DNA from: a virus
IMG/VR virus record: IMGVR_UViG_3300021197_000841
Coordinates: 8,162 to 72,161 of that record
Direction: 5' to 3' (one strand)
Length of the DNA: 64,000 bases
Positions 23,701-36,808 of this stretch are shown here, piece by piece. Both the position numbers and the translations under genes were made by a program. Numbering within the stretch: position 1 is the stretch's first letter; each line of letters opens with the position of its first letter. The notes below the pieces were generated by a model, which was not told the DNA's origin, made no database searches, and worked only from the letters and a program-made list of their open reading frames with translations.

Positions 23701-26700
23701 GTTAGCACTAGCATACGCATCGCCGCCATTTGCTGTTCCTGAATTAGAAATTGTGTTTGCGCCTATGGACAATGCTTTGTCGGTATATAATTCGTATTGA
23801 TAATCAGTACCAGTTTCTTTAACATAGAACGTTGTGTTGTTTAATCCGTTAAATCCTGTACCGCCAACTACATTTTGTAGTAATACTGTATCTCCTGTGC
23901 TAAATGAACTTGATCCTATATTAGCAGTGAACAATGTTAAAATAGCAGTACTGGCACTAGTTATGGCCTGAATAGACGCATTTGCTCTAGTATTGCTAGG
24001 CGAATTAAAACCATGAACACTTCCTGTTGTGACTAATAATGGTAAAGCATTGTGTACATTAGTTACATCAGTTATACTTGCTTTTTCTAAATCAGTATCT
24101 AAATCACTAAATGCTACAACATCTGTGACACTTGCCAAAGATAGTTGCTTGTTAATTTGTGTAACAGTATGCTCTAATGATCTAGCATTTGCTAAGTCAA
24201 TGTCGACACTGGTATTTGATGTTGTTGTATAATCTGTAATAGTTATATTAGATAACGCCGACGTTCCAGTTAACGGTACATCTACATCTGCTGTACTAAA
24301 TGCTAGTCCATTTTGTAATACTTCGTCGATTCTAGCAACAACAATATTACCTGTAATGACTGCTACATTTGGCTTACTGGAATATCCGTCTCCACCTGAA
24401 GTAATTGTAACACTTTCTAGCAAAGCATTACTGTACAGTTTTGCTGTTGCCAGTGCGGCATTACCTTTTGTAGGTGGATCAATTTCTATAGTAGGTGTCT
24501 TAAAGTAAGTAGTATTTCTCTCGTAAACAAATATGTTACTAACAGCACCAGTAATATTTTCTGGATATAGTATTTCTACTTGTTGATTATCTGTTATAAA
24601 GTCACTTTGCTTCAGTGATATATCCATACTCTGATGGTTAAATACATCGCCAAACTGTCCACGTTTAATTGCCCATTCTTCGCTTATCTCGATATTCTTA
24701 TTTGTATTAACAACATTTGATCGTAGCACACTTGTTATAGAATTGGCAGTACCTTTATTTTTAATTATACCTTTATAGAAATCATATTGTGCCGAGTCAC
24801 TAAGTTTAATATTTGCTAGGCTGTTGTTTTTCTCAAAACCAATAAGTCCTCTAGCAAGATCAGTTTTTACTGGATCAATAGTCTGGAAGCCGTTTTCATG
24901 ATAGAGACGTATATTGTCTACTAACAAATCAAAGTTTGGTAGTACACTACCTGAACTGCTTATAATTAAACCTTCAGCATTGTATCTGCCGTCCCAATTC
25001 TTGCTTCGTTGTGTGTGAATTTCTAATCTTTCTTGCCTGATACCAATAACGTTATTATAAATTAAATCATTAAATGCTGTATTATTATTAAATACCGCGG
25101 CATGTTCAACTAACTCTGTATGTATTAAACAGCCAAAAATTTGTCTTTCTGTTGGCGCAGTAATAGTTATTGTATTATCTTGTCTTACAATAGAGCAATC
25201 TCTAATGTTAATCATTTTCCCGTCGCTGTCTACTAATGAATTTTGTTCTTTAAGTGAATTTTTTATTTCTGATATTTTACCAGTAGAACTTTCAAACGTT
25301 ATAGTGTTTGCCATTGGACTTAACACAATACTATCATTTTGTATATGATTCTCTGTAGTCCAAAATAATAGTCTTCTACCGGCAAGTAGCCAATCATTTA
25401 CATCAGCAATAGATGAGTCAAACTCGCCAAAATCATAACCAGACAATTTCTGGAATCTACCAATACCAATTAGTAAATCAAATACGTCTTCGATTCTCTC
25501 GTAATGTTTATTATACGGAACCTTCTCTGTTTTGCTCAGAGGACGTTGATAAAGTGTTGCCTGTGCTCCACCTTCAGTAGGTAAGTCTGCTAATCGTGTC
25601 CATTGTGACGGATTAAATGTTCCAGGTAATACTTGCTCGTTTGCTCTATAATATGCACTACCTAGTTTTACATAACTGTTCACAGGATAAGACGTTTCAG
25701 TATTAAAGTTACTGTGAGAAATCGGTGTCCCGCCTTCTGCTACACCTTGTACTGGGCCTGACTTATCACTTGGTATAATGTCAAACATTTGCGATACTGT
25801 GTCATAGCCGGTTACTGAATAACCAGTTGCTGTTTTAATAACCTTAACACCTGTATAAAAATTACGTGAATTATAACCGCTAGTATGAACTGCTGTTACT
25901 ACATCTTCTTTTGGTATTCGCTGGCCTGCGGAGAATCCGTCGACACTTAAACTGTCGCTGAATACTTTTAAATTTTTATCGTTAATAAATCCACCAAACT
26001 TATGACCTAATCGTGTATCAATTGTTCTGATTGGATTTGCTATCTCTGTATTAGTGTTAAGCGACTGGAATGTCAAGTAACTATCTGTAAGAGTGCTTAA
26101 TCCAAATTTAATTGTAATATTTCTATTTTCTGGATTAATGTATCCGTGCGGTTCGTAATTATCAAACCCTACCCTTTTTCTCGTAGACTTACTAACTGCC
26201 TGTAACGGTGAAGCAGAAAATCTTACCTTGTCACTTTTATCATAAAATGTTGAGAAGAACAATGCTGGTCTTGCCAAGTACATTGCTTCTGCTACAGCAA
26301 ACGGATAGTACGAACTCTTCTTCCAGGCGTATTCTGCCGGAGAGCCGTCACCAAATTTCCAATTATTTCTAGTTGTTATGTTGCTTGCCAGGACAGAAGT
26401 ATGTGTTATTTCTTGTGGCGGTCTTAAATTTCCGCTACTATCCACAGGTATTGCTACATTAGGCCTTGCCCATCTTTTGTGATAACCTTTTTCATCGCCT
26501 GCCGGTATATAACCATTTTGTACATTCTGCCAAAATGATGTGTAACTACTTGTTATTGCCATTGGATATTGTGTAGACCACCATGTTGGTTTTTTAACAT
26601 AGCCAAACATTTCCCATGGTGTAGTATGCGGAGTTTGTGTATCGTAATAATATTCATACACTCCTCTCCAATGTCCTGGTAACTTATGGTCTGATTCATA

Positions 26701-29700
26701 GTTCCAAGTAAATTTGTTAGAGGAGTCGTAATTGGAATTATCTCTCCAATCAACACCTGTTGCTCTAACCCACTTGTTAAAATTATTTTCTAGTAAGTCG
26801 TTAATTTCAAACCAATCGTAATCTGTATCGCTATATTTTGAAGGTTTGAGATCTTTTATAAAACAGTACTCTTCTGATCTGTTTGCTTTTCTGTATTCGT
26901 CTTTTATATTATTATATATTAGTCTTTCAAAGTCTAAAATAACTTGATCAATTTTATCACCTTGTCTAGGTACATAACTACCGTCATGGCATCTAATTAC
27001 ATCTAGGTCTTCTTGATAAGATGTATCTGAAATAAATGCTGGTTCGTATGCTGTTGCTATACCAAGTTTACTTAAACTTGCTGGTATCAATGCTGGTTCA
27101 GAATCTTCGTATATTCTTAGTTCTACAATATCATTCTTATTCAATGATACACTACTGTCAAATTTTATATCTAGTGGTGTTGATGATTCTATTTTAAAAT
27201 CTTTTTCAGAACATAATACAGAACCATTATGAGTAATAGTATATAATGTTGTATCTAAATTAATATTAACAGTATTACTAAATGTATAATCCAGTACTGA
27301 TGCGTTGCTTACACTAACACTTGATGTAGTGTAGTTTGTACCAATAGGTGCCATATAAGAAAGTTTATGAGCATCTTTTGAAATCTTAGAACTTTTAATA
27401 GTTTTAAGAATTGTGTCAATAATTTCTAAATTTGTTTGACTAAGATAATCATTATTATTAAGATACGATTCTGCTGTACCAATAAACTTGTTTTTAAATT
27501 TAGTATATTCGTTGCTACCAAATCTTAGAGCGTTTACAAACTCTCTGGATGGTGCTTTTGACATATACATTGCTGTAATTATATCGTCGGATGTTTGAGC
27601 AATCATTGCCTGTGTAGTTGCCGACTTGGCAGTATCTTTATAATTGTTAGAGCCACTTACTGACCCAGTAAAGCCTGATTGGTTCTGTACTACTGTATGG
27701 AAATGACCGATCATATCACCAAAGGAAAGATTGTTAATTGATGTATTTTTAGGATTAAACTTTAATACTTCTGGTATTTCAAAAAATCCATACGCATCAA
27801 TTGTGGTTAATCTATCTTCCTTTGTGTAGGTCTTAACATTTATAAGATCGCCTTTTTGTAAAGTAACAGTATCTAATAATCTAATTCCTTGATCCTCGGT
27901 TACGATATTATAATCAGTTCCTAATTTTAATAATTCATCATTCTTGTAAACAATAATATCATTATTATATGGTTTAGCACTAGTTACTAGTACATTACTT
28001 GATACTGTTGTATCAGTAATTTGAATTACATCTTCGACATATTGCTTAGATGTTACTGGAAACTTGTCCTCATAATAATCATAATCAGCAATATCAAATT
28101 GACCTGCTGTAAGATCTGACTTTGCTACAAAATATGAGTTTTCAAACTTTACTACTTCGTCTTTGTGATATGTTGCTACACTATTAAAGTCTCTGTAATT
28201 TGATGGCAACTGTATTGGATGCCAATTATTTCTAAGTAATGCGTTGTCTCTACCTTCGTAATCCTGATTTAAATCTTTAAAATAAAAATAACCTGGTATT
28301 GTAGTTGGGTCTGCTATAGCAGATGTTTTATACGTTACTGTATGATGCTCTAAATGATTATGGAACGTAGGTTCACTGCTAAACTTACCACTTTGATAAA
28401 CAACATTTGCCTTTAAAACAGTATCATATGTTCCTGTACTGTCGTTTGTATTATATGTAAATACTGGACAGCCTGTAAAATCACTATTTGGGTATTTTGC
28501 TATGTCGTCAACCTTAACACCCTCGTCATCGTATAACGTAAATTTAGGTGCTTGTTGAATTTTAATTTTTTGTTGTGCTTGTTCCCATCGATTACCATTC
28601 CAGAAATAGTCTTTACCTGCGTTGGTTCCGCCAGTACTAAAAACATGTCCGCCTGTTACCACAATTGACGATAATGATGTTACATCGTTAAATTTCATTA
28701 ATCCTGTTTTATTAGTACCAATAGTTTTTACAGTTGCTTTACCAAGCACTATATTGTCTACACCTACAGTAATTAATATATCGCCAACTGAAGGTGTGGT
28801 TAGTTTATTTGCATAAATTATATTAGTGGTTGTAAGGCTATCAGTGTCTGTTATAAGTCCAGATGTTGAAGCATTTCCTAATATAGGTGTTATATTACTT
28901 GATACACTGGCGTTTGCTATAGCATCAGTATCAGCAGATGGAATAATTAATACCTTATCATCAATTGAAATTACTCCTGAAAAATTTTCTACTTCTAGTT
29001 CTTGTCCATGATTATATATTTTGTAAATTTTCTTTGCTGTAGTAGATTCGTTGTTAGGGAAAATTATTGTAGACCCGGCACTACCACTACTACTGTTTAT
29101 AGGAAAGCCTATTGCTAACCCTTCTATTTCTTCTTTTGGCTTATCAGCAATAATGTCAACTGTGGATATAAAACTGTTACCCCAATTATGTAATTCCAGG
29201 TCTCTGTTAAATTCTAAAATTGGTCTTGTTGCTCTGATTGCTCCTACTGGTATACTAAAGTTAGAACTATTATCTGCTAATGGTTCTTTGAGAGAATCTG
29301 CGTGGTACCAGTAGTTTAATCTGCTCCACGGATTTTTATTTTTAGAGCCTCTTTCTATTACCATATAGTCAGCAATATTCTGAATTGGTGTGTTATCCCA
29401 TGTGCTAACTTCCCAAGCATACGATAATACGGCGCCTGTTTGACTAACATCATATTTAATTGTTTCAACGTTGGCTGTTTGTAATGTTGCTAGAACATTT
29501 GCGGCTGATTCTACATCGCCTGCCGCATTAAGAAATACCGGGTATAAAGTATAATTAAATTTACCTGTTCTTGGGTTTACAAAGTTATCACCTGATTTTT
29601 GACCACCGTATTCCGAAGTTCCTGTGTTTATATAAAACGTCTTAGTATCCGGTGTGCCTATAACAGTTGTTTCTGTTCCTGCTGTTAATGTTCCTATTGT

Positions 29701-31515
29701 TTTGTCAAAGAACACTTTTGCTCCTGTGGCCATTGAAGGCAACATACTAGGCATGTCATCTGAATATATTTGTACTTGATTATCTGACAAGTCACTACCG
29801 TAGTTTATAAAGGTAGCATTTGTATTTCTTGCTCTTGCTGTATCACTGCCGCTTAAAACAATATCAAAACTATTGCTAGTCTTATTTGATATCACATGAC
29901 TTGATATATTGCTTGTATCAATTGCCGAAGTAGTACTGGCTAAACCAGATGTCCCACTGGCGCCAGCAAAAGGATTGTTTCTAGCATCACCTGTTACATT
30001 TGTAATTGTGACAGCATTACCGTTTGCTTCGATTATTTGTAAACTGCTTGTTGTAGCAATAGCACTTAAATTATCTATTCCTTCGTCGTTGATAGCATTC
30101 ATTAAGTCTAAAGGAGATGCGATCAATGCCGCATCGTCAACACCAGTATATGTGTTCAGGTCTGCAATTTTTAAATCTGATCCTAATGTACCGCTTTCAA
30201 CTGTAATAGTTTTAGCACCTGATCCACTACTGATTGTAAATTGTGGTTTTTGATTTTCAAAACTTATGCTGGTTTGTGAGTTAGTATATATTGTAATGCT
30301 ATGACTAAGTACAACATTGTCAGCATTAACTGTTGTTACAGTTGCTTGTCCTACTTCAGGATGGTTAACTGCTACACCAGGTTGTATGCCGCCTGTGCTA
30401 CCTAGATATAATGTGTTTGTTATAATCTCAGAATCTACTGAACTATCGCCTCCGGCATTACTAAAAGTACTGGAAATATTTAAACTGGTTGTTGGTTTAG
30501 TACCATCAACTAAGGTTAAATATGTACCAACAAATCCATATGGTGTGCCAACATTGCTACTTATAACTTTATTTGTTGTATCGAATATATCTAATCTTAC
30601 ATTGTCACCATTAAGTAAGCCTTGTCCGTAGTCACCTGTGAACGTTGCTGTAATTGTTGTGCCTGCTGTATTAGTGTTTAGTTCTACTGGTCGTGCTATG
30701 CCAAAATCAAAAGTTGCGTGGTTGACATTTGTATTAGCAAATGTTAATATATTACTAACACCTAAAGATGCTATTGGATCTACGTTGCTCTGTGTGCCAG
30801 TGGATACTCCATTTGGTACAGCATTAGCATCATATGGCTGAGTTTTAAATTCGCCATAAGCACTTATTGTGGTTTCTGCTGTGGGCACGTCTTCTAGTAT
30901 TATAGATCTACCTACTCCTTCTACAATATACGACTGGCCTATATTATAACTACCTGTAGTAATATGAGAACCAGCAAACTGTATTACCATACCTGACTTA
31001 AATACAACTCCATTGGGCGATGTATAGTTAGATGTACCTATAATATCAGCAACAACTACTTGGACTGATGCGTTGCCTAAAACCTCAATAGGTTCTGGTC
31101 CTGCCGCATACCAATAGTAATTGTGATAATTTATAAACTTATCTAAATCAATCGGTGGAGCAAAATTGTATTGCTCTGTTTTAAAAATTCTATCATGGTT
31201 TCCTATCAACCCACCATTGGTTCTGTGATTGAAAATAAAGTCTTCATAGAAAACAAAATTGTCAGCCTTACCACTTGACCTATTAATAGTTGTAACAGTT
31301 GGCTCTAAATTATAAAACTCTCTGTTAGGTGCTGGTTGCTCTACAAAAACTGTATTAGGATTTGTGTCAACGTTTGGTATCTTCCTTCCTATATAGCCTG
31401 AAACATCTTCAATATTTGCTTTGGCAAATAATTGTTCTACGGTGCTTTCAAAAAAGTTCTTGTTTACACCTGTCTGATGCTGTATTGGCAATAAGTCAAA
31501 ATATTTTTTATTCAT
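8794..31515 (-). CDS. giant (7,573 aa) baseplate wedge/virion structural protein, gp7-like position
   Basis: Uninterrupted 22.7-kb ORF coupled (TAATG) to the gp6-like gene. N-terminal '[16 protein letters not shown]'; C-terminal '[10 protein letters not shown]' and 'ERITF...RGTLGT...HPAGTKV' wedge-type motifs. Confidence 0.75.
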   Translation of the reverse strand: MNKKYFDLLPIQHQTGVNKNFFESTVEQLFAKANIEDVSGYIGRKIPNVDTNPNTVFVEQPAPNREFYNLEPTVTTINRSSGKADNFVFYEDFIFNHRTNGGLIGNHDRIFKTEQYNFAPPIDLDKFINYHNYYWYAAGPEPIEVLGNASVQVVVADIIGTSNYTSPNGVVFKSGMVIQFAGSHITTGSYNIGQSYIVEGVGRSIILEDVPTAETTISAYGEFKTQPYDANAVPNGVSTGTQSNVDPIASLGVSNILTFANTNVNHATFDFGIARPVELNTNTAGTTITATFTGDYGQGLLNGDNVRLDIFDTTNKVISSNVGTPYGFVGTYLTLVDGTKPTTSLNISSTFSNAGGDSSVDSEIITNTLYLGSTGGIQPGVAVNHPEVGQATVTTVNADNVVLSHSITIYTNSQTSISFENQKPQFTISSGSGAKTITVESGTLGSDLKIADLNTYTGVDDAALIASPLDLMNAINDEGIDNLSAIATTSSLQIIEANGNAVTITNVTGDARNNPFAGASGTSGLASTTSAIDTSNISSHVISNKTSNSFDIVLSGSDTARARNTNATFINYGSDLSDNQVQIYSDDMPSMLPSMATGAKVFFDKTIGTLTAGTETTVIGTPDTKTFYINTGTSEYGGQKSGDNFVNPRTGKFNYTLYPVFLNAAGDVESAANVLATLQTANVETIKYDVSQTGAVLSYAWEVSTWDNTPIQNIADYMVIERGSKNKNPWSRLNYWYHADSLKEPLADNSSNFSIPVGAIRATRPILEFNRDLELHNWGNSFISTVDIIADKPKEEIEGLAIGFPINSSSGSAGSTIIFPNNESTTAKKIYKIYNHGQELEVENFSGVISIDDKVLIIPSADTDAIANASVSSNITPILGNASTSGLITDTDSLTTTNIIYANKLTTPSVGDILITVGVDNIVLGKATVKTIGTNKTGLMKFNDVTSLSSIVVTGGHVFSTGGTNAGKDYFWNGNRWEQAQQKIKIQQAPKFTLYDDEGVKVDDIAKYPNSDFTGCPVFTYNTNDSTGTYDTVLKANVVYQSGKFSSEPTFHNHLEHHTVTYKTSAIADPTTIPGYFYFKDLNQDYEGRDNALLRNNWHPIQLPSNYRDFNSVATYHKDEVVKFENSYFVAKSDLTAGQFDIADYDYYEDKFPVTSKQYVEDVIQITDTTVSSNVLVTSAKPYNNDIIVYKNDELLKLGTDYNIVTEDQGIRLLDTVTLQKGDLINVKTYTKEDRLTTIDAYGFFEIPEVLKFNPKNTSINNLSFGDMIGHFHTVVQNQSGFTGSVSGSNNYKDTAKSATTQAMIAQTSDDIITAMYMSKAPSREFVNALRFGSNEYTKFKNKFIGTAESYLNNNDYLSQTNLEIIDTILKTIKSSKISKDAHKLSYMAPIGTNYTTSSVSVSNASVLDYTFSNTVNINLDTTLYTITHNGSVLCSEKDFKIESSTPLDIKFDSSVSLNKNDIVELRIYEDSEPALIPASLSKLGIATAYEPAFISDTSYQEDLDVIRCHDGSYVPRQGDKIDQVILDFERLIYNNIKDEYRKANRSEEYCFIKDLKPSKYSDTDYDWFEINDLLENNFNKWVRATGVDWRDNSNYDSSNKFTWNYESDHKLPGHWRGVYEYYYDTQTPHTTPWEMFGYVKKPTWWSTQYPMAITSSYTSFWQNVQNGYIPAGDEKGYHKRWARPNVAIPVDSSGNLRPPQEITHTSVLASNITTRNNWKFGDGSPAEYAWKKSSYYPFAVAEAMYLARPALFFSTFYDKSDKVRFSASPLQAVSKSTRKRVGFDNYEPHGYINPENRNITIKFGLSTLTDSYLTFQSLNTNTEIANPIRTIDTRLGHKFGGFINDKNLKVFSDSLSVDGFSAGQRIPKEDVVTAVHTSGYNSRNFYTGVKVIKTATGYSVTGYDTVSQMFDIIPSDKSGPVQGVAEGGTPISHSNFNTETSYPVNSYVKLGSAYYRANEQVLPGTFNPSQWTRLADLPTEGGAQATLYQRPLSKTEKVPYNKHYERIEDVFDLLIGIGRFQKLSGYDFGEFDSSIADVNDWLLAGRRLLFWTTENHIQNDSIVLSPMANTITFESSTGKISEIKNSLKEQNSLVDSDGKMINIRDCSIVRQDNTITITAPTERQIFGCLIHTELVEHAAVFNNNTAFNDLIYNNVIGIRQERLEIHTQRSKNWDGRYNAEGLIISSSGSVLPNFDLLVDNIRLYHENGFQTIDPVKTDLARGLIGFEKNNSLANIKLSDSAQYDFYKGIIKNKGTANSITSVLRSNVVNTNKNIEISEEWAIKRGQFGDVFNHQSMDISLKQSDFITDNQQVEILYPENITGAVSNIFVYERNTTYFKTPTIEIDPPTKGNAALATAKLYSNALLESVTITSGGDGYSSKPNVAVITGNIVVARIDEVLQNGLAFSTADVDVPLTGTSALSNITITDYTTTSNTSVDIDLANARSLEHTVTQINKQLSLASVTDVVAFSDLDTDLEKASITDVTNVHNALPLLVTTGSVHGFNSPSNTRANASIQAITSASTAILTLFTANIGSSSFSTGDTVLLQNVVGGTGFNGLNNTTFYVKETGTDYQYELYTDKALSIGANTISNSGTANGGDAYASANVDFVKVKDLTSIPDGNYYVDHDPSRNYNVTINGVTVSRTGHSTTQFDLYQDPSLRLPVTYGSSISGDTGTLEVYGSGGDKRLYIRGSDFQLAESTLPGGNPSTSLSVLNMTPGRYQPQQRFPIQTANNTTINDIVVTIGGVGVTKSYFGFDNGDRSINLLSSSQLNSKISSDTFTVDLTGTSEMLDDNVVEIDGQYPYIEFYIDGKEIKNTPSYRAVNVSNAIAGTTRVTFSNVSQYANNININANVTISEMGTVQFNNTLTTDIPGAKLSIKSVANDTIIANTTSIRTYKVIDDDPTDNKITIDIDNTETMLKRPTNTVDKGIWPTTSNTIFSIPNAGYVNRANVEWEAFNIQNFDNIIASGKRTNPIEGQHLHLAKAENEDWNVYELVLHGEQNRAGGLVPAKNFVDTVNGQTTLFSNNPLSLYSDGNDINDLNNKRYFDNHIVVKNAELSNIVLKWSNEQLVATPRTVFTGMYVPLKRISRKITSVAPGATGVITEALPNTEARSTKRIFGKLQVPLSNVEFYRPAGVTKDRRIATVNNSVQITVDNIEGLEPGTGENDYPDNVYFYGAGATSANLTVGKKYPIDAVAGFVTDDNGAGTFYITEANITATSFARIGTGNCYVGFESVLRQDTRAEITGITPSTNKVVFKAGDLTDLTNSTNVSISTASDNSSVDTIPAQFYTVADVDTAAKTFSITSSDLRFHDASVAKSAHNKLSVLSVPMGGGIHVLITDGASDKIQGAWRDAVTIEGNATVKKFNTPDFVHFETDSTQFSGNVYPVIQSQVTSDSGTTYSSIAEPTGSAVTNSNVVVYKGEYQNLQGNITRLQSPSILHINNFDNTKIGTYGLGGFKFLNGNTKVSDDQVSNITNKEFIFSKPSATDSVDGLVVMNPSAGVKDLTTRFKVDIDKDTTNNTADIRLREDVTAGDLKKLLFTSSRNTTRKQDLLKGANINYGGSGGSKINEWSSKYNNKPMYIGALAGNNKLSFENIFSEPPESFRSIDNVELELEFRYVTPADLETLKQLTSPASLPRDPRRYLQNTNFDGENRSILPTDDSPIAFNKNVDVDWWVDTYTKPMNKPSLDGFRVDMSVIGGGNSSSSRNFSSRIELWKRYPGEHNSSNYAHPQSKYVTVSEIGGNINEANPVVKFNFNDRGAGISEGIEFLSRVENTSDYHGTQKYKNRHKLKSQNKQNQFDIQPHHPSATNRPLEWWSNDAKSVLVQGEANKFRIELGYDEGVSVYPSSIGEEYIIPIVIVKNIKVNYTLSPVTNLKLDNLRVSMIGGNLSQVVDRKIESVDNTFFTVDNSDNSIPADELSGDVKAVLYRIDENNNKQIIVNDLTSPIKMSDPTDKGYCATLFTTTDANSILNTGTVFGYVSDKPEHITTAGSFLVSIPNTSTTPITGILGNDLNADIKYLPLNYTGKNQPVITEVDVTIRMATYKNESKIYTDVEGMSNTDIVRINDTLNVSGIEGQANVTSVGKTYITIAKGSAQNIINHAIPVANASSLEIISNSSLNQNLVTFTDPLHDMIVGSKVIFSTTNNSDYLNNTSFIVKEVTQNTFKVSVANTSVIPTSDISSLKYAAVFNSPNGNLDVQYFVEPRKIYHLSCNNHNNIFGPEDNVTFYTGSVDTASLNGTTAEVFAGTDRSLSIALSTMPTALTSNLTIRYTDDLNKNVISLPPKYTINNLYGRVPSNEVQWASFTGDKEINISTFDSIGGINTNATFSGFLGNTIPSSETYLPINIFTATDFVSVDHGIGKYTIHAEVVSTTAASSEGLVNIRISNGGLGLYEKGKLKFSNSINGHALSGNEFDILDFIVIIDEDGDQGDQFYTIKAPGATATTNEFSVSYTAYRPNKDRAIKLTKNGKYTGFATPSAVTKDIITVETPYLGALPVDTEGYWVNDIILVKGTSDLGSEMKLRPRFDSMVISGAIQRNLNAKYRIAAQSMVSASPFSDDPDLGESTVIPVYGFANSDKRVDLKEQNVEYSLDSWNSVKVNGAKTTLINTKSIQDVSDSLNFAARYKEGVIQSTGSITAGFMFGSRNFKLDNPLNPAYNQKFVSVPNNLTNLEPVKFDTNNAGNAVKNGVPRYINQILVNNKSKLGSAALSGQYMIDQDNLGQIIDKGKKAGKLTRIGGGKSNAPTLDILSAKNKTVNEYHNNIMSSSTSPYLNKDVAKGAHNAYKKYAELQGMDGIYTGNPGYQTFNTVSAFGEPEGELIKLNGGGGGGGYSGGQGPQGPQGPQGPQGPQGPQGPQGPQGPVVDDGPDCGSFKISLYDINNAGEAAAVQDFDADLLAIAQQYYNFIIGGAGIGNENGSYYDTYDQGIRVGWRDFQAAGGNYSQWTQYLAYVNGSMATSEQKIKYNEAIVDLCEADPGYVKVLDGDLCSNSGEVMFLGNQRINLNDNCDPCALADGINSQNSDYRAICGEPTKEEVNCVIPGGGQGWGETAFGEVVDPTTGSNLIEESLRWGGKKPKVKGDNTRYLTDCWAEVENRHDPLTVRIPSSPPGKGFGMLVEQILNDRGVDPIEGGYRTIVLRLIPSSEKKGDIVNKTIQGSGSGTQPKWYDIRGYGNDTCNWINVDFKQMRSKGGKGLNLGGAEIRFKGFKPGISWYKLELQLSKQDDTSGSNPLTQRLKQMNYDLTKEGRNRHKPTRFGQNLVLGLLVRGTVFSYGGLEEYVKFEDYTNDETGWKYKKIVGYGEKMGGPDTGDEKDRSYYTRDNEGSGYFFTSLWDIHPVQQRRKAGCFTDIDIPVLQAVKIKSAVPFSLGMGCSRSPFAEVGDFMPYVEKKSVASANLALGANLTNEELQSKSTGTGFSAPKVLTTKASSGTIQLAESVGVPSQSNPFMTADYLRMDGLAITPRSGEGSRSGAFDANSNVAFNPGSIEDSTGFNYRIGDKLAIVGGQPKTLDNSAYYLDRVDIQNPGIGYNPADTRFEIVDKNDPKHKLPGVTVRGVYAPSTTGLQPTLKVAGRSATSYYHSFYREYIEQGGGTDKDWINSETVPNYIDTYSSSINELEIDRKRSDIALDELSAKDTFKISSRADLVNSSREYKLFVGTRDYENAGAMMMFGLGIHDKGELGTELIKNSKVYDVFNEIELSNLNGSWLCVWEIPNGTVFPNGHNPSTKFAAMPENTKGLLKVFHDAEVYDSDTSNEYKHFLSQTLTRFNGRIVTFLRVSNNRVFFKVETTLGLEKAPNFEAYGVPDFTNLWSRFYPIDTISEFQNQTTKTVTYQDQSEAHSLTTSVSIDMANSLNVTQVDSNTFKFDSVESGTDQYISVDVNASRQNSTLPISPIEQNWDIFVIQKDISQSYLRVPYTVHLPDELITITEDADGNEVRDVEPVPAFQLAKAMNKIHYNTVYRPMSSPYVKMGESEALVFKFNFDKIPDDAIIQDIDIDFIMRSTMPGDYGMIWLQAPDGTRMPLMQFLGKYGANGQNDQGGFMPGYDYKKNNNGPQEMIFSVTSKDQAETVQPNGVNLVSYGTKVKPWIGNWKRQAGNQGKDLNGTIYSSDYDSSNGTALTQATGAYWNNTNNVLRKWLQGGENVAYSTVIADPSSISLSTGITIEYTDRGTQTLTVPVTSTMSLQQVIDAVNNLNNKFIKARFSEGATNRWEIYSNDSDYKIVNADPRLGLTLTTYKIGKNRQIKGTWYVEVTRPGRVFNLINDSNILSRRPEGATNVGITEYTTAVKTPNIKISYVSPSEDPNYETANKDTITRLEIIQKGGFQAEFSMRNWIVKAIGSGQGFKARAILSKGELIAEDNPDIVEQSAQFEVAEINTSGSITKLRILDRGVYEIFPAEQERGIPLKYVDDGDASQRLEGPGFGARVIASSRSVIDCRQPPALVANNAGPARPETPAEALADVINEAIGPDGGLTADVVDINPDVQVLTFTSDGDGFDLEDVVPGTLDAIGIPTGEYSPQSIGFRSQIGNPGSDFGLGDGNNTGDGNPFNRSGDGDSLVMYNTTVPPEFEGLSSSAFGDIYKYDLSKVDDSSILNSKLQSDVDVLYFESRRYKGLYDNARSVGKTWIDEYDVTGWAHLEDGSVKLRQDALIDSSKLKNALIYQKDNGERVTDVILHDPFKGFIIPEAERNIEYISDGDPVYYNNDGSNFSKVNVGELWWNTSTMRVRWYEQANVDYRADYWGSYVTGSSFDVYEWIESKQTPSDYTGKGTPLSAMNYLVDQVFNTKTNTYSNTYYYWVKDIDSVPQNVKNRTISAKQVSRLLESPRAERLPTYGVADNNTMVFNNIKTYLTDDNSVLQTNFSRKDTKYENKHESYILLGENAELSRIPREFINKLIDSLAGEDKQGNVVPDIHLNKFEKYGISIRPRQTMFMKVTEAKRTARSFLNRELAKIILTGDVYKGWNAYVSTSNLYEVTDWVKEGYTSSNVKARLNVTTLKDMFALTGIDDGVFVQVVDNINPDRIFEYNGVTDDYELVKVINGTIQIKKEFYNGAQNSVLATEIRQLIDAIITNVFKSTNLTNKLYFTMLNYILTEQYQTEWFFKSSYFNIRQSADNLEQKITTKIDPFGDMSDYIKTVKPYTSKLRDFNDRKTHTEITKSFATDFDKPPYQPNLSVQARILDPNSVADANIISTDSEYSNWGNATLNSTTKIRTFTEKVYIDRNQSDIIALGDASNVSLANAYSQPTSLTAEARMSQLLTDSANATPINHIERLFVYHPTIMDLNTKIANTSFSNDIITGLKATRLTTLKILAYADFNGEELNADLFSKSYYDRIGNEILATEFGYDQTAFDGDGYDSDTVVNNYMANTTLDSELVRDSITYAGFDSNTFFKGYAGPARPPEHVLFNAFEGLQFNVQSGSQSGGANVSYKMFLGLNGSVEYTRISNEFKTTLATAISKTDSTIILTDATKVTLPFSGSKASVIYIGDERITFGAIDGNVLKDVSRGTLGTSVESHPAGTKVIDASEQNRIEIGSQAFSSSNNDPEEAYWNQANVALADSTTTIARFLKDKPGSYFD
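16930..17010 (-). repeat. 9-bp tandem repeat x9 encoding collagen-like (QGP)9
   Basis: tggtcc(t/c)tg repeated 9 times, preceded in the protein by a poly-Gly linker. Confidence 0.95.
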
Positions 31516-34500
31516 TAGTAACTACTTCCGCTTGATCCACTACTACTGCTACCACTACTAGAAGAACTACTTGACGAACTGCTCGTAGCAGTTGTACTAG
31601 TTGTTCCCTCAGTTGGTGCTGTTGATTGTTTTAAATTGATGCTTGTTAAACTCTTAACAACTTCTACGTTGTCGACTGTGGCTGTACTCATAAAGAATTC
31701 GTCTGGCTCACACCTGACTTGATATAAGTCTCCAAAGTTAGATTGTGCTTTACTTGGTACTATAACTACAGTTGCTACTTGTCCGCCTAATTCTTGGTGG
31801 ATAAAAGCACTTAGTTCTGAGAAGTAAAATGTTTCTCCAAAGTCCCAGTTTGAAATACTAAAATATTGATCTATTAATTCAAGTACAGCACTTCTAATTT
31901 CTGTATCGCTTGTTGTAGTATTTGGTAATTTTACTACTTTAATTTGTGCCTGTACTTCTTCGCCGGCATCCGAACCAAACAGCAATTTAAATTTGCCACT
32001 TGTGAATACCATCTGATCACTTAAACTTTTATAATTGTCTAAGGACGATAATTCTTGTGCTAGTTCATCTGACGTAGGATGCTCTGGTAATTTACTAACA
32101 ACTTTATTTTTGTATTCTATCATACTATTGTAAAAACTTTTTGTAATAACAAACATTTCTATGATGTTACTGATGCTTGGATCTATTCGAACATCTGATG
32201 GCGCAAAATGATTCCATTTAAAACTACAATTTCGTGGACGAGGTTCTAATATATTTTGTGTAAATGATCGTCCTGGCTTAACATTATACGCATTGTTTTC
32301 TGATAGTATAACTAGTTTAGGTGTTGTTAAATCATTTATTAATTCGTAGACCTTAGGTAGTTTTGCTACTGGGAATACTAATTTATGTATTAATTTACCT
32401 ACACTATTACCTAAAAACTGTTGTGCTATTTCTAAACTTTTTACATATATTAAATCAAAATCTGAAAATTTTGTTGTGTCATCTGGGTTTGAACCAGGTG
32501 CTATGGTTTCTAAACCAAAGTTTACACTAATTTCGTCTTCTGCTTGTAAATCTAAAATTTTAAATTTAGCAGGCTTCTCATAACTATAACCATCTAGATC
32601 AACTTTAGTTTCAAAAAATACAAAATCTGTTGAAGCGACAAAGTCGTCAAATAGTGATGGATTATCTGGGAATCCGTCATAATTGCTGTCTAAAGGAGCA
32701 ACTATCATTTTTGATGGATCTGAATATCCATCGTTATACTTGTATGGGTCAACTACTTCAAACTGTAATGGCTCGTCTAATGTTTCTTTAGAATTTCTAT
32801 AAATTACATCAAGTCTGTCCTTGTGCCTAAATCCTTGCCATCTATTTGTTAAAGTATCAAAATCCGAAATCTTAATACTGCTGTTTGATAATAAGTCAAT
32901 ATGTCCTTCATTTGAATAAGCACCTACTTCATACGAGGTTGTTGTAGCATTGCCTTGATATGTTTTATAACTGGAACTACCAATGTCCCACTTAACATAC
33001 GCAATGTTGCCATTTGCTCCGCCGGTTACACTTTCGCCTATTTGCGATACTGGTATTTGTATTTCGCTTGGGAAAGTTGTAAGTGTGCCGCTATTAGTTC
33101 TAACTACTGCTTTACCTGTAGAAGCACTAACTGGATCTACCTTAATGGGTATTTCTACCGGGGATATAAAGTCACCTTGGGCATAATTAGATGAACCACT
33201 TATTGTTGTTTCACCGTTCTGTAATATACCAAAGTTACTAATAAATCTTAATTCTAAGTCTTTTGCTTTAGAGTTTCTGCCTCTTAAAACAATGTTTTGA
33301 CTTGCGCCTGATGGCATATATGTTGCGTCGGAATCAACTAACTTCCATGAATCTGATATTCCGTCCTCGTCAGTGTCTTCCCAAATATATGTTTCTTTAA
33401 TCTGAGGCTTAAAATTCTCTGTGGTTAATTCTATGATGTCTTTTTTAATTTTACCTGTTGTGCTATCATATGTTTTTTCATCATTGCTAAAATAAAATTT
33501 AATATCATTTAAACTTTCAAAAATATACCTAGAACCTCTGCTGGTAAATGTATACTTAGAAATAGTACCTTGAGATTCGGCCATGTTATATTCTGCTTTG
33601 ATTAGCCAACTAGCACCTGACTCTCTTTGAGCAACAAAATTTTTGTCTTTCTGTAATTGGGTGTTATCAATAATGTACCAATGACTATCAGCAACATTTA
33701 TTGGATTGTAATCGTAACCTATACCAAAGTCTTCGTTGGCTTTAATCTTGTTTTGAAACTCTACAGCAATGTCCTGCTCTAATAAGTCTGCGTTTAGTGA
33801 CGGTAGTATTTCATATGCTAACCAGCCATTTGGAATATCTCTACTTAATTTAACTACTCCTGTTGAAATTGCTAATTCGTTTAACGGTACAGCACTATTT
33901 TGTATTTCTGTAATACTGGCTAACAATTGATCTGTTGGATCATTTGGATTTCTAAATCTCAAATACGATCCTTCTTGAATAATTCTGTTATCATTAGCAC
34001 TATTGTTTAGAATTTCTCTTGTTCCGCCATTTAGTGTTGTGAAATAACCTGTTTCATTTTTAGGAGCACTTGGTTGTGTTTTCCATAATATATCTTTTTG
34101 TAATAAGTCAAACGCACCTGGGTTACTAGCATTGTGTACTTTTCTAAAGTCATCGTAAATGTAGTTTTGTAAACTATAATGCTTAGTTATATTACTAATA
34201 TCATCCTTTAGAATTTGTGTTTCTGTTTTATTCAATCCAAAAGTAATAAACGTTTGAAATGGTTCGTCGTCTTTGTACAATGCGCCATCATCAGCATATG
34301 AAGTAACTTTACTAAATCTACCTGTAGGATCTTCAATATCAATATACCTACTATGCCCAGCATGTGTTCTGTTTGTTGCTTTTAATTTTAATATGTTTAC
34401 ACTCTGACTTAATGGATAAACATTATAGTCCTGAGCACTTACCATTCTATCTTGAGTGTAGTATGTTTGGGGAGCATTGTTTTTAATACTACCTAAACTT

Positions 34501-35735
34501 TCTGCTGGTGCTGAATTAAATACTGAATTCTGTAATTCTAAACTAATTGTTAAATTATGTAATTCGTTTGCCGAATTGAAATAAGGTATGTCTATTGTCA
34601 AGTTGTTAAAGTTTTCTGGTCTTAAAGTTAATGATGTGCCAGCACTTTTTCTATAGTATAATCTAAATATGCCTGTTGGTACATTACCAAGGTTACCATC
34701 TGAAAATTTAATTCGTATGCCGTCGTTAATAGTGTTTTCTACACTATACACATTTCTATCATTTAATGACAACGAGTTGTATGCTAATGTTTGTCCTGTT
34801 AGATTAGGTACTTGTTTCCATGATGTTTTTCTTACAGCATTTTCATCTAATTGCTGAAAGTATACATCTGTTTCGTTAATGTTTGTATCATTAACGTCAA
34901 TAAATCTGTTTGCTAATGCTCTATCAAATATATAATCTTCAAATATAAGTTCGCCTTGCTTAAACATAAAAAAGAAACCAGTGTTAGCACTATCTAATCC
35001 TTTCTTATCATTTCTATATACAAATCTAATTGGCTGATAAACATCTGGTTGTGCTTCTCTGAAAACATTATTCTCGTTAATGTCCGAACTTACTATTTCA
35101 AAAGGATATGTTTCGCCGTTTACACTTGCTTGAAACTCATACCCTATAGTTTTACCTGTTTGGCTGTTGAGAGCATATATTTCTGTTGGGATTGTTCCTA
35201 CATTTTTTGATATAATAGGTTTAGTAAACGGATTATTATTTGTCATAGCACTATTAAGAATAGCAACAAACTTATCAAAACTATCAGGGTCTTCTTCGTC
35301 GTCCCATTCTATAGTAGTATTTTGTAAATTAACACCCGAAGTATCTAATATTGGTTCGGTTGTAGATATTGCTGTTACTTTGATTAATCCACTTGCTGGT
35401 ATATTACGTTTAGGAGTGTATCCTAACATATTAGCAAGTCTTAAAATACTGTCTTTGCTTTCTGCTGTTGATAAAAAGTTTTCTCTAGTGTTTAGATCTA
35501 CTCTGAATGCTAAACTTTGTGACAGGTACGAAAGCAATTCAATGATTGCTACAAACTCTGAACTTTCAATATAGTCATTGAAACTTTCAGGATAATTTTC
35601 CCTTATATAGTTTAACATCGCCGATCTCATTGTACTGAAATCGTATGCTTTAAAACTTACATTTGTATAAGCCGAGTAGGCTACTTCCCAATTCTCCGCG
35701 GCAAATAAATTACTATTTCTTTTACTGATTGCCAT
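31515..35735 (-). CDS. gp6: baseplate wedge subunit, T4 gp6-like
   Basis: 'YDFSTMR...FNDYIESSEF...LLSY...RENFLSTA...LANMLGYTPKR', 'IKFSDG..G..P', 'ESLGSIKNNAP..Y.TQDRMVSAQDY'; follows gp25. Confidence 0.85.
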   Translation of the reverse strand: MAISKRNSNLFAAENWEVAYSAYTNVSFKAYDFSTMRSAMLNYIRENYPESFNDYIESSEFVAIIELLSYLSQSLAFRVDLNTRENFLSTAESKDSILRLANMLGYTPKRNIPASGLIKVTAISTTEPILDTSGVNLQNTTIEWDDEEDPDSFDKFVAILNSAMTNNNPFTKPIISKNVGTIPTEIYALNSQTGKTIGYEFQASVNGETYPFEIVSSDINENNVFREAQPDVYQPIRFVYRNDKKGLDSANTGFFFMFKQGELIFEDYIFDRALANRFIDVNDTNINETDVYFQQLDENAVRKTSWKQVPNLTGQTLAYNSLSLNDRNVYSVENTINDGIRIKFSDGNLGNVPTGIFRLYYRKSAGTSLTLRPENFNNLTIDIPYFNSANELHNLTISLELQNSVFNSAPAESLGSIKNNAPQTYYTQDRMVSAQDYNVYPLSQSVNILKLKATNRTHAGHSRYIDIEDPTGRFSKVTSYADDGALYKDDEPFQTFITFGLNKTETQILKDDISNITKHYSLQNYIYDDFRKVHNASNPGAFDLLQKDILWKTQPSAPKNETGYFTTLNGGTREILNNSANDNRIIQEGSYLRFRNPNDPTDQLLASITEIQNSAVPLNELAISTGVVKLSRDIPNGWLAYEILPSLNADLLEQDIAVEFQNKIKANEDFGIGYDYNPINVADSHWYIIDNTQLQKDKNFVAQRESGASWLIKAEYNMAESQGTISKYTFTSRGSRYIFESLNDIKFYFSNDEKTYDSTTGKIKKDIIELTTENFKPQIKETYIWEDTDEDGISDSWKLVDSDATYMPSGASQNIVLRGRNSKAKDLELRFISNFGILQNGETTISGSSNYAQGDFISPVEIPIKVDPVSASTGKAVVRTNSGTLTTFPSEIQIPVSQIGESVTGGANGNIAYVKWDIGSSSYKTYQGNATTTSYEVGAYSNEGHIDLLSNSSIKISDFDTLTNRWQGFRHKDRLDVIYRNSKETLDEPLQFEVVDPYKYNDGYSDPSKMIVAPLDSNYDGFPDNPSLFDDFVASTDFVFFETKVDLDGYSYEKPAKFKILDLQAEDEISVNFGLETIAPGSNPDDTTKFSDFDLIYVKSLEIAQQFLGNSVGKLIHKLVFPVAKLPKVYELINDLTTPKLVILSENNAYNVKPGRSFTQNILEPRPRNCSFKWNHFAPSDVRIDPSISNIIEMFVITKSFYNSMIEYKNKVVSKLPEHPTSDELAQELSSLDNYKSLSDQMVFTSGKFKLLFGSDAGEEVQAQIKVVKLPNTTTSDTEIRSAVLELIDQYFSISNWDFGETFYFSELSAFIHQELGGQVATVVIVPSKAQSNFGDLYQVRCEPDEFFMSTATVDNVEVVKSLTSINLKQSTAPTEGTTSTTATSSSSSSSSSSGSSSSGSSGSSY

Positions 35736-36109
35736 TAAACACTATCCCCTTCAAAATTAAAATCAAATTCGGCTATGAGTGTATCTTCTGTTAGATTTGC
35801 TTTATATTGTAAATACATTTCAACTCGTAAAGTATGCTCTAATTCTGCTACATTTAGATTGATTAATGATACTCTAGGATCGCCATTTACTATTCTTATA
35901 CAGTCATCTTCTATATCTTGTACAGTCAACGCATCTAATGGTTGCATTAGACTTTCTTTGATTATGGAGCCAAAATTTGGCCTCATGACTCTCTCACCCT
36001 TACTGGTGTTTAATTGATTAAGTAAATCCTGTTTAACTAAGTCTAGATCGACTAGGTTGAATGGTGGTTTTACTTTTCCGTCTGTACTAAATCCAATAAA
36101 TGTAGCCAT
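35735..36109 (-). CDS. gp25: baseplate wedge subunit, gp25-like
   Basis: 'VKQDLLNQLNTSKGERVMRPNFGS...DPRV' is the GPW/gp25 signature. Confidence 0.9.
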   Translation of the reverse strand: MATFIGFSTDGKVKPPFNLVDLDLVKQDLLNQLNTSKGERVMRPNFGSIIKESLMQPLDALTVQDIEDDCIRIVNGDPRVSLINLNVAELEHTLRVEMYLQYKANLTEDTLIAEFDFNFEGDSV

Positions 36110-36168
36110 ACAAGTATTTATCAGGTTTATTAACGGATGCTTTAATGATGGGGGTTTTTAAGTAGGTT

Positions 36169-36726
36169 TTACGACTTAGACTGTAGATACTGTAAAGCCT
36201 TGGCTTGCATTTCAGGATCTAATTTATCTAACGCACCTTTAAGAGCGGCATCTTCCGGAGAAAGTGTACCGTCGCCGTTCTCATCGCCTTTAACTTGTGA
36301 GTCTGAACCTGTCTCGTCGCCGTTAACTTGTGAGTCTGAACCTGCTCCTGTGTCGTTCATGTCTTTGTATACCATTGCCATGAATACTTTATCTACATCT
36401 TCCGGAGTTAGTATTCTGGTTCCTTTGAGTAAAGGTGCTATAGAGTTAAGTCCTTGTGCTAGGGGATTAGAAATTTGGTATTTCTCTTTTAAAAATTTGG
36501 CGAGCTCGTTGCCTGTGGTCACAGTTATGTCTGCCTGGGGGAATCTTCTGGTTTTCCATTTGATAAAGTCATTGGATATTTTTTTAGCAAGAGGTTTTGC
36601 CTGTTTTATTTCTTTGTTTGCTAGCCGCCTGGTGCCAAAGTTTTTTATACCCTGCTTTACGCCGGCATACCTTTGTTTTATGTCGTCTAGACCAAATTCG
36701 TTAATAATTACTTCATCAATACGCAT
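36169..36726 (-). CDS. hypothetical protein, possible head-packaged internal protein
   Basis: Likely start MRIDEVIINE at 36726 (AGGAG RBS; GATAAATA box at 36754-36747); contains an 11-aa duplication. Confidence 0.55.
   Translation of the reverse strand: MRIDEVIINEFGLDDIKQRYAGVKQGIKNFGTRRLANKEIKQAKPLAKKISNDFIKWKTRRFPQADITVTTGNELAKFLKEKYQISNPLAQGLNSIAPLLKGTRILTPEDVDKVFMAMVYKDMNDTGAGSDSQVNGDETGSDSQVKGDENGDGTLSPEDAALKGALDKLDPEMQAKALQYLQSKS
36279..36343. repeat. 33-bp tandem duplication (GSDSQV[N/K]GDE x2)
   Basis: ttaacttgtgagtctgaacctg repeats with a 33-nt period. Confidence 0.85.
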
Positions 36727-36808
36727 AGTATTTTTCTCCTGCCAGTTATTTATCACTTTTTTGTATCTTGGTGCTTAAATATATGTTGAACTTATACAAG
36801 GAATATAT

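Noticed and set aside
8794-31515. Intein or diversity-generating retroelement explaining the giant ORF
   Set aside because: No intein splice or LAGLIDADG motifs noticed, no reverse transcriptase in the window and no TR/VR pair seen. This was checked by eye only.
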